The translations under genes were made by a program, and so were the position numbers. From the NCBI GenBank assembly GCA_951406725.2, contig OX597816.1, forward strand, positions 159,278,001 to 159,342,000: a stretch of 64,000 nucleotides of DNA, given 5' to 3'. The notes below the pieces were generated by a model. It had not been told where the DNA came from and did no database searches. It saw nothing but the letters and a program-made list of their open reading frames with translations. The DNA is from Octopus vulgaris (taxonomy: Eukaryota). This document shows positions 50,016 to 63,297 of the stretch, piece by piece; position 1 is the first letter of the stretch; every line of letters starts with the position of its first letter.

Positions 50016-50718
50016 CTGTTTGTGTGTAACAAGGCCAGTATGTAGTTGGCATAGAAGCAGTTGTAGTATTTTGAGTGTAGTTCATTGAACTAACATTATG
50101 AGTGGAATTATTAGATGTCATATGCATTGCAGGATCATACTGCAACACTGGAATAGCCTGTTGGAAGTTTTGCTGGAAGGCATTTTGTACATTTGGAAAC
50201 TGGACTTGGGTGGGATATTTTGAGTAAGGCATATTTACAGGATATGTGGGCCGGTAGAACTGAGGATGAAGAGGTGTTTTGTTGAAAACTTGAGATGAAC
50301 TTAGTTGCTGATTTGTCATTTGAGCTTGTTGCATATTTGTAGGGTATATTTGAGATTGGTCTAATCTTGGTACTTTAGAAGGTGGATAATCTTCCTGATC
50401 AGAGCTGGATAGTTTGTGCCGATTAGGGTGTTGGGTAGTATTTCTGTTACTGCTATTATCTGAACTTCGACCTCGATCCAACTCAAAAAGACTAGAATCA
50501 CTGGTAGCTTGCTGCACATATAAGCGCTCCTGTAACTGCGTATGCATTCGCAAAACTTCCGGCGTTAAACTGACTGGTTGATATAAACTCTGTCCATCAA
50601 AAGAAACTGAAGGTGGTGCAGTGGATATAGAAAGTTCTTTATGTATGTTAAAATCTTCTAAATAATCATCTGCAGGTGGACTGGTTGCATCTCGGGGTTC
50701 TTGGTCAGAAACAAGTAC
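50016..50718 (-). CDS. per: period large exon (VLVSDQEP...PVSLTPEVLRMHTQLQERLY...Q/P-rich region)
   Basis: LTPEVLxxHTQxQE matches the conserved PER LT(K/E)xxLxxH(T/N)xxxE motif; 703-nt open frame; phase 0/1. Confidence 0.9.
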
Positions 50719-51166
50719 CTAAAAGTTGAAAAAAAAAAAAAAAAAAAATGATTATTTTAAAATAAAACTGCTTTGTAGCTTGATATTTAAATTACTGTAA
50801 TATTTCAAATAATCCTAATGACTGCATACCTCCATATACAGACATACACATACAAAAAAGTGGATACATGCATATATGTATCCTCCACATTGTCATCAAA
50901 TTAACATCCACTTTTCCATGCTTGAACGTAAAAAGCACCCACTATACTCTCGGAGTGGTTGGCGTTAGGAAGGGCATCCAGCCGTAGAAACTCTGCCAGA
51001 TCAAGATTAGAGCCTGATGCAGTCATCTGGTTCGCCAGCACTCAGTCAAAATCGTCCAACCCATGCTAGCATGGAAAGCGGACGTTAAACGATGATGATA
51101 TATATATATATATATTTGTAGAAAGAAGAAAACTAAAAACAAAATTACAAGGAAAAAGCAACTTAC

Positions 51167-51252
51167 TTTTGTACTGCTTCCAAAGCTTGGTGGATTCAAA
51201 ATAGGTATATCTACGGGAACAAAATCTGTATCGGCACAGAAATCACTGCAAT
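51167..51252 (-). CDS. per: period exon (CSDFCADTDFVPVDIPILNPPSFGSSTK)
   Basis: TTTCAG acceptor and GTAAGT donor; phase 1/0 fits both neighbours. Confidence 0.8.
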
Positions 51253-52519
51253 CTGAAATAATGCAAAATACAAAGAATAAAGAAAATGTAAAATACTCCA
51301 GTAAATGCTTTATATACCAACAAATGTTAGTCACAAACTATTCTCAAAATAAAACAGAAAAAGCAGCCAAACTTCTAATTTATTAAGTTAGAGAATAAAC
51401 AGAATGTCTTGCACTCAACTTATAGGCACTCAAAGAGGATACCAACTGCAATCTGAGAGGGACAGTGAAAGCCACAGGCTCAGATCCTTTCCTCCAGATC
51501 AAATCTGCTTCAAGTCTACAAGGCTCAAGAGACTGGAACCTATCCAGATTTTCAAGATGCTTAAGCTGAGAATACAATATGCTCCCATCCCATGAACAGA
51601 ACACCAGACCATTACAAACTTAACTTGCAATGACCACTGGTACTTGTTTTCAGATGAATGTACAGGAAGGAGATGAAATGGTGTACCTTGTTCAAGAACA
51701 CAATGTACTACCCAATCTGAAAATTGAGCTCACAAACTAACAATTGCAAGCCCACCACCTTAACCACTAGACCAAACCATAATAGAAAAAAAGGGGGAAA
51801 AGAAACATCACAAGCCTAATACTTGGGTAAAATGGCAAGCTGACAGATTCATTAGCATGCAGGACGTTGTTTAGTGGCATCTTTTTTTTGACTCTTTATG
51901 TTCTGAGTTCAAATCCTGCTGAGGTCAACTTTGGAGTTGATGAAACAAAATACCAGTTAAGTACTGGAATTAATGTAATCAATTTGTCCCTTCTCTTTGA
52001 AAAATTGCTGGCCTGCAACAGACTGGAATCCTCTTCAGAGAAATGTTGTGATGTCAGTCACTTATAAGCCTTGGATATGGGTTATTATCTTATTTTTCTT
52101 GAGAACAGTTCTAGGTCTCAAGAAAAATAATAAGATAATAAAAAAAATCTTGGATGCCTTTAGTTGAGTTCAATGTATCTCAAGCATGATCTCTCAACCC
52201 ACATCAAGCTGGGATTTAGCTGCATCTATCTCACTAGTTTAATAGGGTTCGCAAAAGCCATGGACACATTGTCCCATCACCCTTGGCTAACTAAAAAAAA
52301 CAAAATTTTCAAAATACTGATGAAAAGGGATCAAATTTGGTTGGCACCAGTGTCGAGTTTAGCTGTAATTTCTTTACCTATCATTAATGCTGATAATGTT
52401 GTACTTTAATGAAATATTCACAGAGTGGCTTATTTAAGACAAAATTCTAAGTTGAAGTAAAAAACAAAAAGCCAAATAAATACATATTTTTTTTGTATTA
52501 AATTCAAGACAAAACTTAC

Positions 52520-52596
52520 TCTCTGACTTTACTTGTTTTGAATCTTCTTTATCTGAATTATCAGAATGATATGTTTTGGGCTGGCTCAGCAGAAAT
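52520..52596 (-). CDS. per: period exon (FLLSQPKTYHSDNSDKEDSKQVKSE)
   Basis: Completes the RFFxSxP motif as RFLLSQP; phase 2/1. Confidence 0.88.
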
Positions 52597-53149
52597 CTGG
52601 AAAATAGAATTGATAAATAGTAATAAAAATAATTACAAGTTTTAAGATATTTCACGTTCAAAAACTCAAGGAATATATCAAAAAAAATTGTCACGTTATG
52701 TCACCATGAATGATCTGCTATTGTATAGTTTATATGAATGTATGCTATGATGTTTCACAGTTGTACCTGTCTGGCAAATCACTCGATCTGAGACTGTGTT
52801 TTGAAACTGAAGAAACTGCCTCACAGAAGAGCAATTCTGAAAAGACAAACTATTAAATTCATTCATTTTTCAAAGTGTTAAAATTTTCATCACACTAACT
52901 GCAACCTTGTTGGTTGCTGCCACAGTTCTGCCATGCTAAAACAAAGAATTGCAGTGGAACTGTCAATGACCAGGTCACAGTGATGTAATGAAAATCTTAA
53001 CACTTCAATAAATAAAAAACAAATTTAAAAGGTTCTTTCATGTATGTATGTGTGTTGACGGCGAAAAGTGCTCTAATTACTATATTATGATGATAATATT
53101 GTCATCAACAAACCATTGACATAAATCATTTAAAGAATTATAGGCACAG

Positions 53150-53300
53150 AAATGGCTGAATGACAAGTTTGCCTCCCAATCACATGGTTCTTGGTTCAAT
53201 TCCACTGCGTGGCACCTTGGACAAGTGTTTTTCAACACTATCCTTGGGCCAACCAAAGCCCTACGAGTAGATTTGGTAGATGGAAACTAAAAGAACCTGT
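53150..53300 (+). repeat. Second tRNA-headed SINE family (representative copy)
   Basis: GGTTCAATTCCACTGCGTGGCACCTTGGACAAGTGT...GATTTGGTAGATGGAAACT. Related copies at ~2995, 5540, 10210, 15595, 16835, 18940, 19305, 21430 and 59480. Confidence 0.75.
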
Positions 53301-54047
53301 ATGTGTGTGTGTGTGTGTGCATGTATATCTGTGTTTGTGCTCCACCACCACTTGACAACTGGTTTTGGTATGTTCATGTCCCTGTAACTTAGTGGCTTGA
53401 TAAGAGAGACTGATCAGTACCAGGTACACACACATACACACCATCACTGCTTTAATGCCCACTTTTCCATGCATGCTTGCATTGGGTGAATGAATTTTCC
53501 ATGACTGGATGCCCTTCCTTTTGCCAACTCTCATCTGTTTCCAAGCAAGGAAATATTTCCCCATGACCAGACATGTTTTCACAGAATATTGGAAATAAAT
53601 GACACTGCCTGTATGACAGCAACACACATTTAAAACTACTATGTGATCTAAAGACAAGGAGGTACATACAAACACATGCATATTACACACACACACATAC
53701 GCACAACAGGCTACTTTCAGTTTGTCTACCAAACCCACATACAAGGCTTTGGTTGGCTCAGGATGGACAATGGTGGGAGACACTTGGCAAAGGAAGAACA
53801 GTAAATTTGAAAAAAATCCGATAATTTGTAGAAAAGACATTACAAAATGTGACTATTTACAAATTTAATGGATCAACAGCAACGAAAAACAAAAACAAAC
53901 TAATGTAAAATCTAGAGTTGCAACTGCAAACAATAAATGCAAATGGTTTTAAATATTTGTCAATATGGCTGAACGCATTATAATAGTCAGCTAATAAGTT
54001 TGATTAAAATATGGATGTTAGTAAAGAGCAGAAAGAGAAACACTTAC

Positions 54048-54160
54048 CGCCTAATGTTGTAGGAATAGTTCAGCTGTTCATATGTAACGGATGTGTCTGA
54101 GTCAAATTGTAATGGAGGGGAACTGGAGTGTGATACAGCTGGACTAACATTGCCATCATT
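54048..54160 (-). CDS. per: period exon, CK1/DBT-binding region (SPAVSHSSSPP...VTYEQLNYSYNIRR)
   Basis: TYEQLNY..NI.R corresponds to the conserved PER SYNQLNYxENLxRFF motif. Confidence 0.92.
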
Positions 54161-55313
54161 CTAATAATAAAATAATAATTTTGACATTGAAATATCTATC
54201 AAAAGACCAACAAATTTGCAAGAAAGACTGTTTATATTCATTTGATTAAGCAAATACTGAGATATTTAAGTCAACTTATATGTTAGTCTAGACAGGACAA
54301 CAGCATTTTAATTAAATGACAGATTATTGGTAATTAACAGAGAATATTAAAATATAATTTCATTTTATTTATTAAAAAAAACGTAATCCTTAATAATGTT
54401 AATATGAAATCAAGATAGGGCCTAACTATATATAACTTGTATTTTGAATACAAGTCATCATCATCATTTAATGTTTATCTTCCCTGCTGGCATGAGTCGA
54501 GCAGTTTGACAGGATCAAACAAGTTGGAGGATTGCATCAAGTTCCAATATCTCTTTTGGCATAGCTTCTACATATGGATACCCTTCCTAATGCCAATTCC
54601 CTTACAATGTACTGGGTGCTTTTTCTCTGACACCAGCACTAGTGAGGCTGCTAAGTAACTAGCAAGACAAAGAAAAGGTCCCTAGACTGATTGGGGTTAT
54701 AGTATAGAGGAAGGTGGCTTTACACCAGGTGTTGAGAGGTTAAACTATGATGGTAGGACAGGCACAGGTGTCTTGCTATAGAGGAGTTACATGGCTATCC
54801 AACATTATATAGGAGTGGGTGAAAATAGTAAGAAAAGGGGACAATTGTGTTGGTGACAAGTGTCAGAGTATACCCTCAAGATATAAGAAGGTGAGTATAA
54901 GAGAGAATATGGACTGAGACGTCTGGTGGTTTGTTGTGCTTGAGAAGACACGTCAAGCTAAGTAAAATTGTGGCTGTTCATGCACACAGATATGTCTTCT
55001 ATATCTCTCTCTCAGTTGAGAGATCCTAGTCTTGCAGGCTCATGGATGCTGGGGTCATGTTAAAGTATCCAGCACACACACTCTGTAAAGTAGTTGGCAT
55101 TAGGAAGGGCAGCCAACCCTTGAAACTATGCCAAAGCAGACAAATGGAGCCTGGTGCAGCTCTCCAACTGCCAGTTCCAGTCAAACCATCCAACTAATGC
55201 TAGCACGGAAAACAGACGTAAAATGAAGATGATGATGGGCAAAGAATCAGGAAGAATGTTAAACTGAATTCAAAAAAAAAAAAGGTAAATCAGCAGTAAC
55301 TGATTAAACTTAC

Positions 55314-55393
55314 CGGACAATATATTACATCATCAACAAAACTACCCGCTGTCATAAAACCTTCTTTTGATTGTACTTCTGATCTGCAGGTTT
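55314..55393 (-). CDS. per: Probable period exon (TCRSEVQSKEGFMTAGSFVDDVIYCP)
   Basis: TTTTAG acceptor and GTAAGT donor; only one open frame, phase 1/0; little recognisable homology. Confidence 0.65.
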
Positions 55394-56501
55394 CTAAAAA
55401 TTAGAAAAAAATTGAATAAAAATATAGGTTGATCGAAACTTTTGATAATTTTTAAACAAAATAACTGGTTAGCAGTAATTTCAATAAGAAAATGGGATGA
55501 CAAGAGATAACCACAAGAGTAGCAGAATTATAATACAAAAAGAAGTTAACAGATGTTTACTTACCAAAAACAGCTAAAAGATTATTAGTCTCTAAAATTT
55601 TACAAACAAAACAGTAAAGAAGATCAGTTAAAAAAGAATCAAATTATTTTATATGTTCCATGATTAAAACGAAGTATTTAATCACCATTCACCAATAAAT
55701 AAAAACCTAAAAATCTGCTACTCACTCCACAATCATTGCCATCACTTGTGGTTTCTATTTTACCTTTCTTCAAATAATAGAATGCAAAGAAGGTTTTTCT
55801 ATAACAATTTACACACATTTGTTTAAATTATTGAGTCAAATGATAGATACCATGATTACATCCAATAATAATTTTAACTCTAATTTTGACAAAAGGCCAG
55901 CAATTAGGGACAAGTTGATTACATTGACCCCCCCCCCCACTGCTGACTGGTAATTATTTTATTGATACTAAAAGAATGAAAGGCAGAATTTGAACTCATG
56001 TAAATGGCCATGAGAAATGCTGCTAAGCAGTTTATCCAAATAGCTAATAATTCTGCAAGTTTGCTGCCTTATAGTCAATAATGATAATGTTGGAGAGAAA
56101 GCAATAATTCAAGCTGATAACAGAACAGTCAAGAATATAAGACGCTAGTTAATATTAGATAGTTCATCCGACATGATGGTGTCACACCAAATGGTTGACA
56201 ATCATTATCACTGCTACAATAATATGTTTGACAATTTGGCAGATATCAACATGCATCAACAAATAATTTGCTCGCAAAGATATTAACAAAAGCTAAAAAC
56301 AAGTTAGACTAATTTGTCCAGAGTAGCTGCACTAATGAATAGAGTGTGTTAAAAACATACATTCACCATCAAGTTGTTCTCCTGCTAATGAAAGACAACA
56401 GTGATTAACATATTCACATTTGAAGCTACCAGAACAAATTAAGAAGTCATTGTTGATATGCTTAAGTTAAGTTGTAGAGAGAAAAAAAAATCTTTACTAA
56501 C

Positions 56502-56734
56502 TTGTTGTAGATATATTCACCACAAGAGAAGGTGGAGATTTTGCAACAGCAGGTTTTTGTTTGCTAAGTGGTTTATTTCTAGCTGGAACAAGGAAAGACT
56601 TCTCAGTTGTCTGTTGTAATAGAATTTCTTGAATCATCCGTTGCAATTTCTGTCCTTGAATTTGACTTTCTTCAGACAATTTTGAGTAGGAGTTGTTTGT
56701 ATCCTCATCAAAAACATTAGGATTTTCAGGGATT
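56502..56734 (-). CDS. per: period exon after PAC (IPENPNVFDE...KLQRMIQEILLQ...); donor position uncertain
   Basis: PxNxxVF followed by the alpha-F/NES-like helix LQxxIxxILLQ. The GTTAGT donor at 56501 was chosen because it gives phase 1, matching the next exon; a GTGAAT donor at 56520 is an alternative. Confidence 0.8.
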
Positions 56735-57210
56735 CTAGTAGAAAAGAAAGTAAAACAGATATAATTTTTTAAATTTTAAACATACAATGAATAACAACTT
56801 TGCTGCTGCAAGACAAAGCAAACCACTCTAGCTATGATGGTTTTAGGTGGATTTTTAGGAACTATGGTTAAAAATATTAATTCGTAAAATGTAATAAAAA
56901 TAATTAACTTAAATTATAAAGAAAATTAATGTTATTCTATAGTAAAGAAGTAGAATAAAAATGGTTAAAAAAATATGAATCCCTCACACACAAAAAAAAA
57001 GAAAAAGCTTAAATATAAATTTCTTTGGCTTTAATAATTACTTGAGTGAAATCAGACTAACAGCTCTCCAGAAGTTGTTACTAACAGGATAACTCTATTT
57101 CAAGTTTTATCTACATCATTTAAATTAAAAGTTAAAAACAGCTATACAATAAAATCCTTAATCTCCAAGAAATTAGGACAAAACTTAATAAAAGATTATA
57201 AAATATTTAC

Positions 57211-57364
57211 CTGACTACAGTGTGCTGGCCATTTACATCTTCAAGTCTTTTGGACCATTGATTGAGAGTAGCTGACCATTCAGTTTCAACATAAACCCAG
57301 CTTTGGTTTCGTGTCCGTAAACGGTAGGGCTCACTCTTAAAACGGAACCCTTGGGTTGACACAA
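57211..57364 (-). CDS. per: period exon, PAC (SEPYRLRTRNQSWVYVETEWSATLNQWSKRLEDVNGQHTVV)
   Basis: Matches the PER PAC pattern SxPYRF...ETEWxSFVNPWSRKLEFVxGxHxV. Confidence 0.93.
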
Positions 57365-58822
57365 CTGAAACAAAAAAGATTACTCATGTAGCAGAATACT
57401 ATGTTGCCCAGAAAACAAATGAGTTGGTGGACAATTTTGTGAAAAAGAATTAATGAATCTGTAACATGCTTATATTCTTTGTTTAATGTTGAGCCTCATT
57501 GAGGAGTTCCTTTCAAGCATTGGGCCTCACAGAGGCAAACTGGCCGAGTTCCTTTTGAGTGTTGGGTCTCACAGAGGCAATGTTCGAGACCTTTGGCATT
57601 ATGTCATGGCAGGTATTGATGTCACACAAATGGCACCCATGCTAGTGGCACATAAAAGCACCCATTACACTATCAGAGTGGTTGGCATTAGGAAGGGTAT
57701 CGAGCCATAGAAAACCATGCCAAATCAGACTGGAGTTAGGTGCAGCCTTCCAGCTTACCAGTCTAGGTCAAACCGTCCAACCTGTGCCAGCATGGACAAC
57801 GGACGTTAAATGATGATGATGATTCAAAAATGTCTTATCTCTGGCAGAACTTAGACAAACAATTCCTAGTGAACAGCTTCATGAGCAATGCTTTCAGTTA
57901 TTTTTTACTTTGAGCACTGACAAAGATTGTTTTTGCTTTCAACATGTTGACATTCAACACATAAGCTAAGGCATGCACACACACACACAATAGACAGGTA
58001 TCCTCTCACATTTTAAGAATGTTGCTGTCAAGTGGAGCTGTAGCATGCAAGTGATTGGTGTTAGGAAGGACATCCAGTTACAGAAACCACACCAAAGCAG
58101 GTACTGGAATCTTGTGCAGTCCTCTGGCTTGGCAATTCTTGTTGAACCATCCAACCCTTGCCAGCATGGAAAACCGGCGTTAAATGATGAATATTTTTCT
58201 CTGGATTTTCCAATCATATAACATGGCAATCAATGACATTGGCTTTGAGTTACAAGATTTCAAAATTATAGCATAATTTTCAGGAATGTAAAGCTTCTAT
58301 AACACAACAAATGCTTGTATCAGAAATATTCATATATGATTACTTAGTGTGTACAAAAAAAATTCCAACAAAATATACCCTTTGTTGGTGGTCTTTATTT
58401 GCATACAATTAGAAATTTGCAGAGTCACATATTCTAAGTAATTTGGCAGCAAATTCAAACAGAATTTTTTGAGGTAGATTTTCTATGGCTGGATGCTCTT
58501 CCTGTTGCCAAACCTAACTCACTTTCAAGCAAGGTGATATTTTCTCATAGCTAGACATGCGTTTTATAGAAAGCTGGGAGCAAACCTTAATTGTATGATG
58601 ATGATACTCAGTTACGACCATCATATAATGTCTAGGTGTGGATGCATACAAACACACATGTATACATGAAGCTGTTCACTAGAATAAAAACTGAGAGTTG
58701 GTAACATATTTGCCCCAAAATTGAAATATTAGAGAAATACATAATAATAGAATAGCATGAAAAAGTCAAGTTAACAAAAGAGAAATGAAGGAAGTTGAGC
58801 ACACAGATGACTGGAAACTGAC

Positions 58823-58929
58823 CTTTTTGATAAACAGTCTGTAAGTACGTCAAATCATCAGGATGATAGAGTTCAAATATAGACATGCCTATTAGATCCT
58901 GAGGCAGGAAACCCAGTAAAGTAATTGCA
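58823..58929 (-). CDS. per: period exon, PAS-B (AITLLGFLPQDLIGMSIFELYHPDDLTYLQTVYQK)
   Basis: Diagnostic LG(Y/F)LPQDLIG...YHPxDL motif of PER PAS-B. Confidence 0.95.
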
Positions 58930-59772
58930 CTGAAATAAACAAGAAAATAATTAAAGATTCTGCTTTGCTTATAATTTATGATAACTAAGTTATTTTACTA
59001 AATTCTTTGTTATATTTAAAGTAATTGAAAGAAACACAGAGCATCTCAATATAAATATAGTAATGAAAGGGTTAAATAGTGGTAAGCTACTAATACTAAT
59101 ATCTAAACTGAGATCAATATCAAATTTGCATTTATTCCATCCATTTTTACTGCCCACTATTCATGGGAGAGTTGTTTGAGTAAAGTCCCCAGGCAACCCT
59201 TCTATAGGGTTCTATCAGAAGCAATTGTCATTAGACTTTACAGTTGGATTACCAAGTGTCACCAATCCTTAACTTCTTTTGGAAGAAAAGGATTTCTTTA
59301 TTCCACAGGAAACTGGAAGTGCAGGAAGTGTCAAGATCTATTGACAGGAAATGTCAACAAACACTACCCATGGTGGCAAAGCCACAAATTGCAGTGTCAC
59401 TGTTTGTAGCTGTAGCTCAGCATAGATTGTAAACATTCGGACATACAGACAGACACATGCATACACAGACACCCTAGGTACTTTTCAATTTCCATCAACC
59501 AAATTCCCTCACCAGGTAATAGTCAGCCTGGAGCTTTAGTAGAAGATATTTGCCAAAGGTGCCACTTAGTGGGACTGAACTCAAATCCATGTAGTTAAAA
59601 AACAATCTCCTTAACCACACAGTGATGTCCATGCTACCTTCTATAAATTTTATGTCTTGTCAAAAGAAATTTTCGTTTGCCATGCTGTTTACTAGAAAGA
59701 TCTTACAACACTACTGGTGGTGATAATGAGGGTGATAAAAATTGTGACAGATTAGAGGCTGTTTTTACTCAC

Positions 59773-59848
59773 CTGTTACTAATTAAGCTAAGGTTACAAT
59801 AGAGATTATGAGTGGTTGAAAAAGTGAAGTCTTTGGGCATTGAACATC
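59773..59848 (-). CDS. per: period exon, start of PAS-B (CSMPKDFTFSTTHNLYCNLSLISN)
   Basis: FSTTHxxxC corresponds to the PER FTTRHTxxC motif; TCCAG acceptor and GTGAGT donor; phase 1/2. Confidence 0.88.
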
Positions 59849-60298
59849 CTGGATAAAAAAAAAAAAAACAATGGTAAAGAAATTAATTCCACTGGATACT
59901 TAAATACAATTAACATTTTAAATATTCATTTTTTAAAAAAATATCAGTCACAATTAGAAAATGCAAAGAAAATGTTATTTTCAGTTTTTAAATCATACGT
60001 TCTAAGTTTCCCTGTCAGTATTAGATTTTTAAAAAAATAACTGATTATTTCTAAATTTATCATGAGTGCCATGTGGAATCCCATTTAAAGTTAAGAAATG
60101 TGAATGTTTAAGATGATCTTTGAAGTTATTATATTGTTATATATAAATTAATTTTAAAATCATTATAGTCAACAGCTTTAAGGATAAAAGAAATCAATCT
60201 TTCAGATTATTAAGGTTTCTCTATAAATACAAATATATATCTTATAATGTGATATGTAACAAAAGAGAAGAGTGATATTAAACAAGGGAAATAATTAC

Positions 60299-60486
60299 CA
60301 ATATAAGCAGACTGGAGTGGTACACATCTTAAGATAAAATGCTTTGTTTTCTTAGAGCTGCCTAAAATGTTCCTATCCTTTTCTGATGAAGGTGTATCTA
60401 AGATCTGTGTGGTAACATTAGCTTGGAATGCACAAAACTTATCTTGTCGCTTCAGGCCATAGCCATCGTTCAAATTTTTGTAATAT
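60299..60486 (-). CDS. per: period exon, end of PAS-A (YYKNLNDGYGLKRQDKFCAFQ...ILRCVPLQSAYI)
   Basis: Matches the RYxGLxxGFGV...PF and PIxSAY segments of invertebrate PER; phase 2/1. Confidence 0.88.
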
Positions 60487-62215
60487 CTAAAACAGAAACA
60501 AAATCAACAATGTCATAAATATAATTCCAAGTTTTTGAGTTAGATAATATTTCAAATATTAACATAAATACAGTTGCATAGTTAAGGTATTGGAAGGAAG
60601 GCTACTCCACTAAATGCATTTCATTTTTGAGCTTATCTCTAGATTCTGGCTTCAACTTCCACAGACTGATTTTAATTTTCATCCCTATGACCAGTAATAT
60701 CATGATCATTTTACATCCTCTTTCCATGCTGGTATGGGTTGGACAGGCTATGACAGTCTAAAACATTCCTTATTGGGAGCCACTGCTTCTCATTAATTGA
60801 TTCTTTTACATGTCATTCAGTTTGGTTGCCATGGTCGGACATACTTCCAACTGCCAATCACTTTACAGAGTGCACTGGGTCCATTTACTTATGATACCGA
60901 CACAAGACAGCATTAAAAGGACCTCACATTTTCCTCTGCTCATTTACCTATTATTTAACACTGTGTGCTGGATGCACTTTTATGGTATCAATCCTAGCGA
61001 GGTAGTCTTGCTCATCATTCACCTATAGCAGGTGCATGGCAGGTTCCATTGTAGGAACAACATAGGGTGTATCTTGAGCACAGTAAGAGTGAAGAATATG
61101 TTGACCAAAGAGAGAATAGGAGATGGTGTAATGAGAGCAGAAAGGGTATTGTGTGTGTGTGTGTATGGAAGGTGATAGGAGTGGAAAAGCAGAGGGTGCT
61201 CCAATCTAGGGTGTGTGTATTTGCTCAGGTGACTTAAGAGGGAGAGCAAGATATCAGAAAGCCAGAATAAGTGGGAGCATGGAAAGAGCAGGTGCTTGAT
61301 GAGGAAGGCAGTGATTGGCAATAGCTAGGTGAACAAAGTTAAGAGTGAACAACACAATAAAGGCAAGAGTAAGTGTTAAGTGACAACAGAGCTATCCCAT
61401 GGGAGAGAGAATGCTGGCTGGTAGTCCCGCAAGGTAGAGTTAGAGTGTATGGCACTGTGGTTAATCAAGTGACTGCACTCCCCCCATATTATGTGAAACA
61501 GAGCCTAGTATTAAGAAAACAACATGGGTTGGTCAGTTGACACGGTCCAAATCAGAGAGTTACTGCTCCTAGATGGGTCAGAGGAATGCCTCTTGCCTGA
61601 ATGGAAAATATGAAACTAAGAGGTCAGTAACTCCAAATAAGAACTGATTTGGATTGTGATGACCTATCTAACTCATATCGGTATGGAAAGCAGATATAAA
61701 ATGGCAATGATAACAATGGTGGCGGTGGTGGTGAAAGCGGTGGTGGTGAAAGCGGTGGTGGCAGTGATGAGAATATTCTTTCATTAGTTCTGAAGTAAAA
61801 GAAGTTTACATTAAGAAACCACAAACAAAGTTTTGGTCAACATAATGATAATTATAAATAATAATATATATATATATACACATATATATACTTTAGCTAG
61901 TAATGAACGAATACTTTAAAAATTCTTAGAGAATCTGTAAATGTAAAATTTAGTATACCTGGTACAATTATTTATGGATGCTAAGTTCCAACAACAACAA
62001 CAACAATAATCTATTTTTCTAGAAATTTTAATCAGTAAATAAAAATGATTATTATTTAATTTAGAATTTGTTAATCCATTGACCTAATTTCTCAAAACAA
62101 CCCATCGGCCCAGTCTGGAAGATCAGTTTAACTAATGAAGAACTGCTATCAATTCTTATTTAAAGAAATAAAATAATATAGGGTTATATATATATTTTGA
62201 AGTGAAAGTAATTAC

Positions 62216-62252
62216 CTGAGCCGGAAGTATATGGTATTTTCTTTTTGTTTGG
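62216..62252 (-). CDS. per: period small exon (AKQKENTIYFRLR)
   Basis: 37 nt, phase 1/2, fitting both neighbours. IYFRLR corresponds to the PER FFCRIR strand. Confidence 0.8.
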
Positions 62253-62668
62253 CTATAAAAAGAAATGAACAGTTAGTATAATGTGAAGTCATCAGGAATA
62301 TTTTTTAGTGAAGGAAAACACTTAAAACTCATAAAATTAATTAGTATATTATGAAAAATTATTTTTAAACAGATTTTATGGCTAACTGAATATAACATAT
62401 TAAAAGATGAGCACATTTTCTATAAAAGAAAGAGCTTTTAACGATGTGACTAAAGCAATATTTAATACACATTTCATACTATTAAAAAATCAGATAATGA
62501 ATTGTTCACATCTTCATGTGTGTTTACATATGTATTTTATTAATGGAATTGGAAACAAAATAATGTTTTCAAAAACACTCATTTTATAAACTAAATGAAA
62601 TGGATATGTGAAAAGAAAATTCTGAAAAGGTGTATATTACAGACAAATAAAAAAAAAAAAAATCTCAC

Positions 62669-62789
62669 CTGCTCCACCAGAATCTGCATATCGCTTGAAT
62701 GTATTTTCATTTTTTGATAACATATTATTCACTGTTATAATATCTTTACGAGATGTGAAGCTAGTTAAAAGATGTCCACGCCAGCTATC
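62669..62789 (-). CDS. per: period exon, PAS-A (DSWRGHLLTSFTSRKDIITVNNMLSK...)
   Basis: Corresponds to the PER DMWLGRSFIDFVHxKD segment; TTTCAG acceptor and GTGAG donor; phase 0/1. Confidence 0.85.
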
Positions 62790-63213
62790 CTGAAACAGAA
62801 AAAGAAAAACAAAGTTAATTTCCTATGTAACTGATATGTTTACAAGAATTGATCTATATCAGTGGTTCTCAACCATTTTTCACCAGTGGATCCCTTTTTT
62901 TGCTATTTTATTCTGGTAGACCCCCATAGTCATTCAATGTTTAGAAACTAATTCAATAAATACTTCTTTCAAAATTTCTATTTTGTTTATTCACTCAGTC
63001 ACTTGTATAGGTTGAAGTATGTAAAATGTTTCTTGCAAAACATTACATGGACCCTACTAAGGATCCCCAATTAACTATTCTGCAAGTGTGAAGCCCCGAA
63101 AATCTTAGGATGGATTAATAGGAAATGGTAGGTCAGAAGAAGGGTGTCTATGGTTGGATGCCATCTCATGAAAAAAAAAAAAACACATTAAAAAAATATT
63201 CAATGAAACTTAC

Positions 63214-63297
63214 TTTTGGATATCCAAGAAATTTCAGTAGAGAAGCATGTACTGAATCCACTCTGCAATCCAAAGTCACAGCTAGAACAAAAGATCC
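63214..63297 (-). CDS. per: period exon, start of PAS-A (GSFVLAVTLDCRVDSVHASLLKFLGYPK); upstream exons lie outside the window
   Basis: Resembles the PER PAS-A segment ending LGYP; CTCTCTTAG acceptor and GTAAG donor; 84 nt. Confidence 0.85.

Noticed and set aside
52082-52141. Small AT-rich inverted repeat as a possible pre-miRNA
   Set aside because: Low-complexity arms with no supporting evidence; likely a MITE remnant or local inversion.
61717-61762. GGT/GGC-rich repeat giving a poly-Pro ORF in a per intron
   Set aside because: Simple repeat. The flanking per exons already join in phase without it, and no convincing donor closes it.
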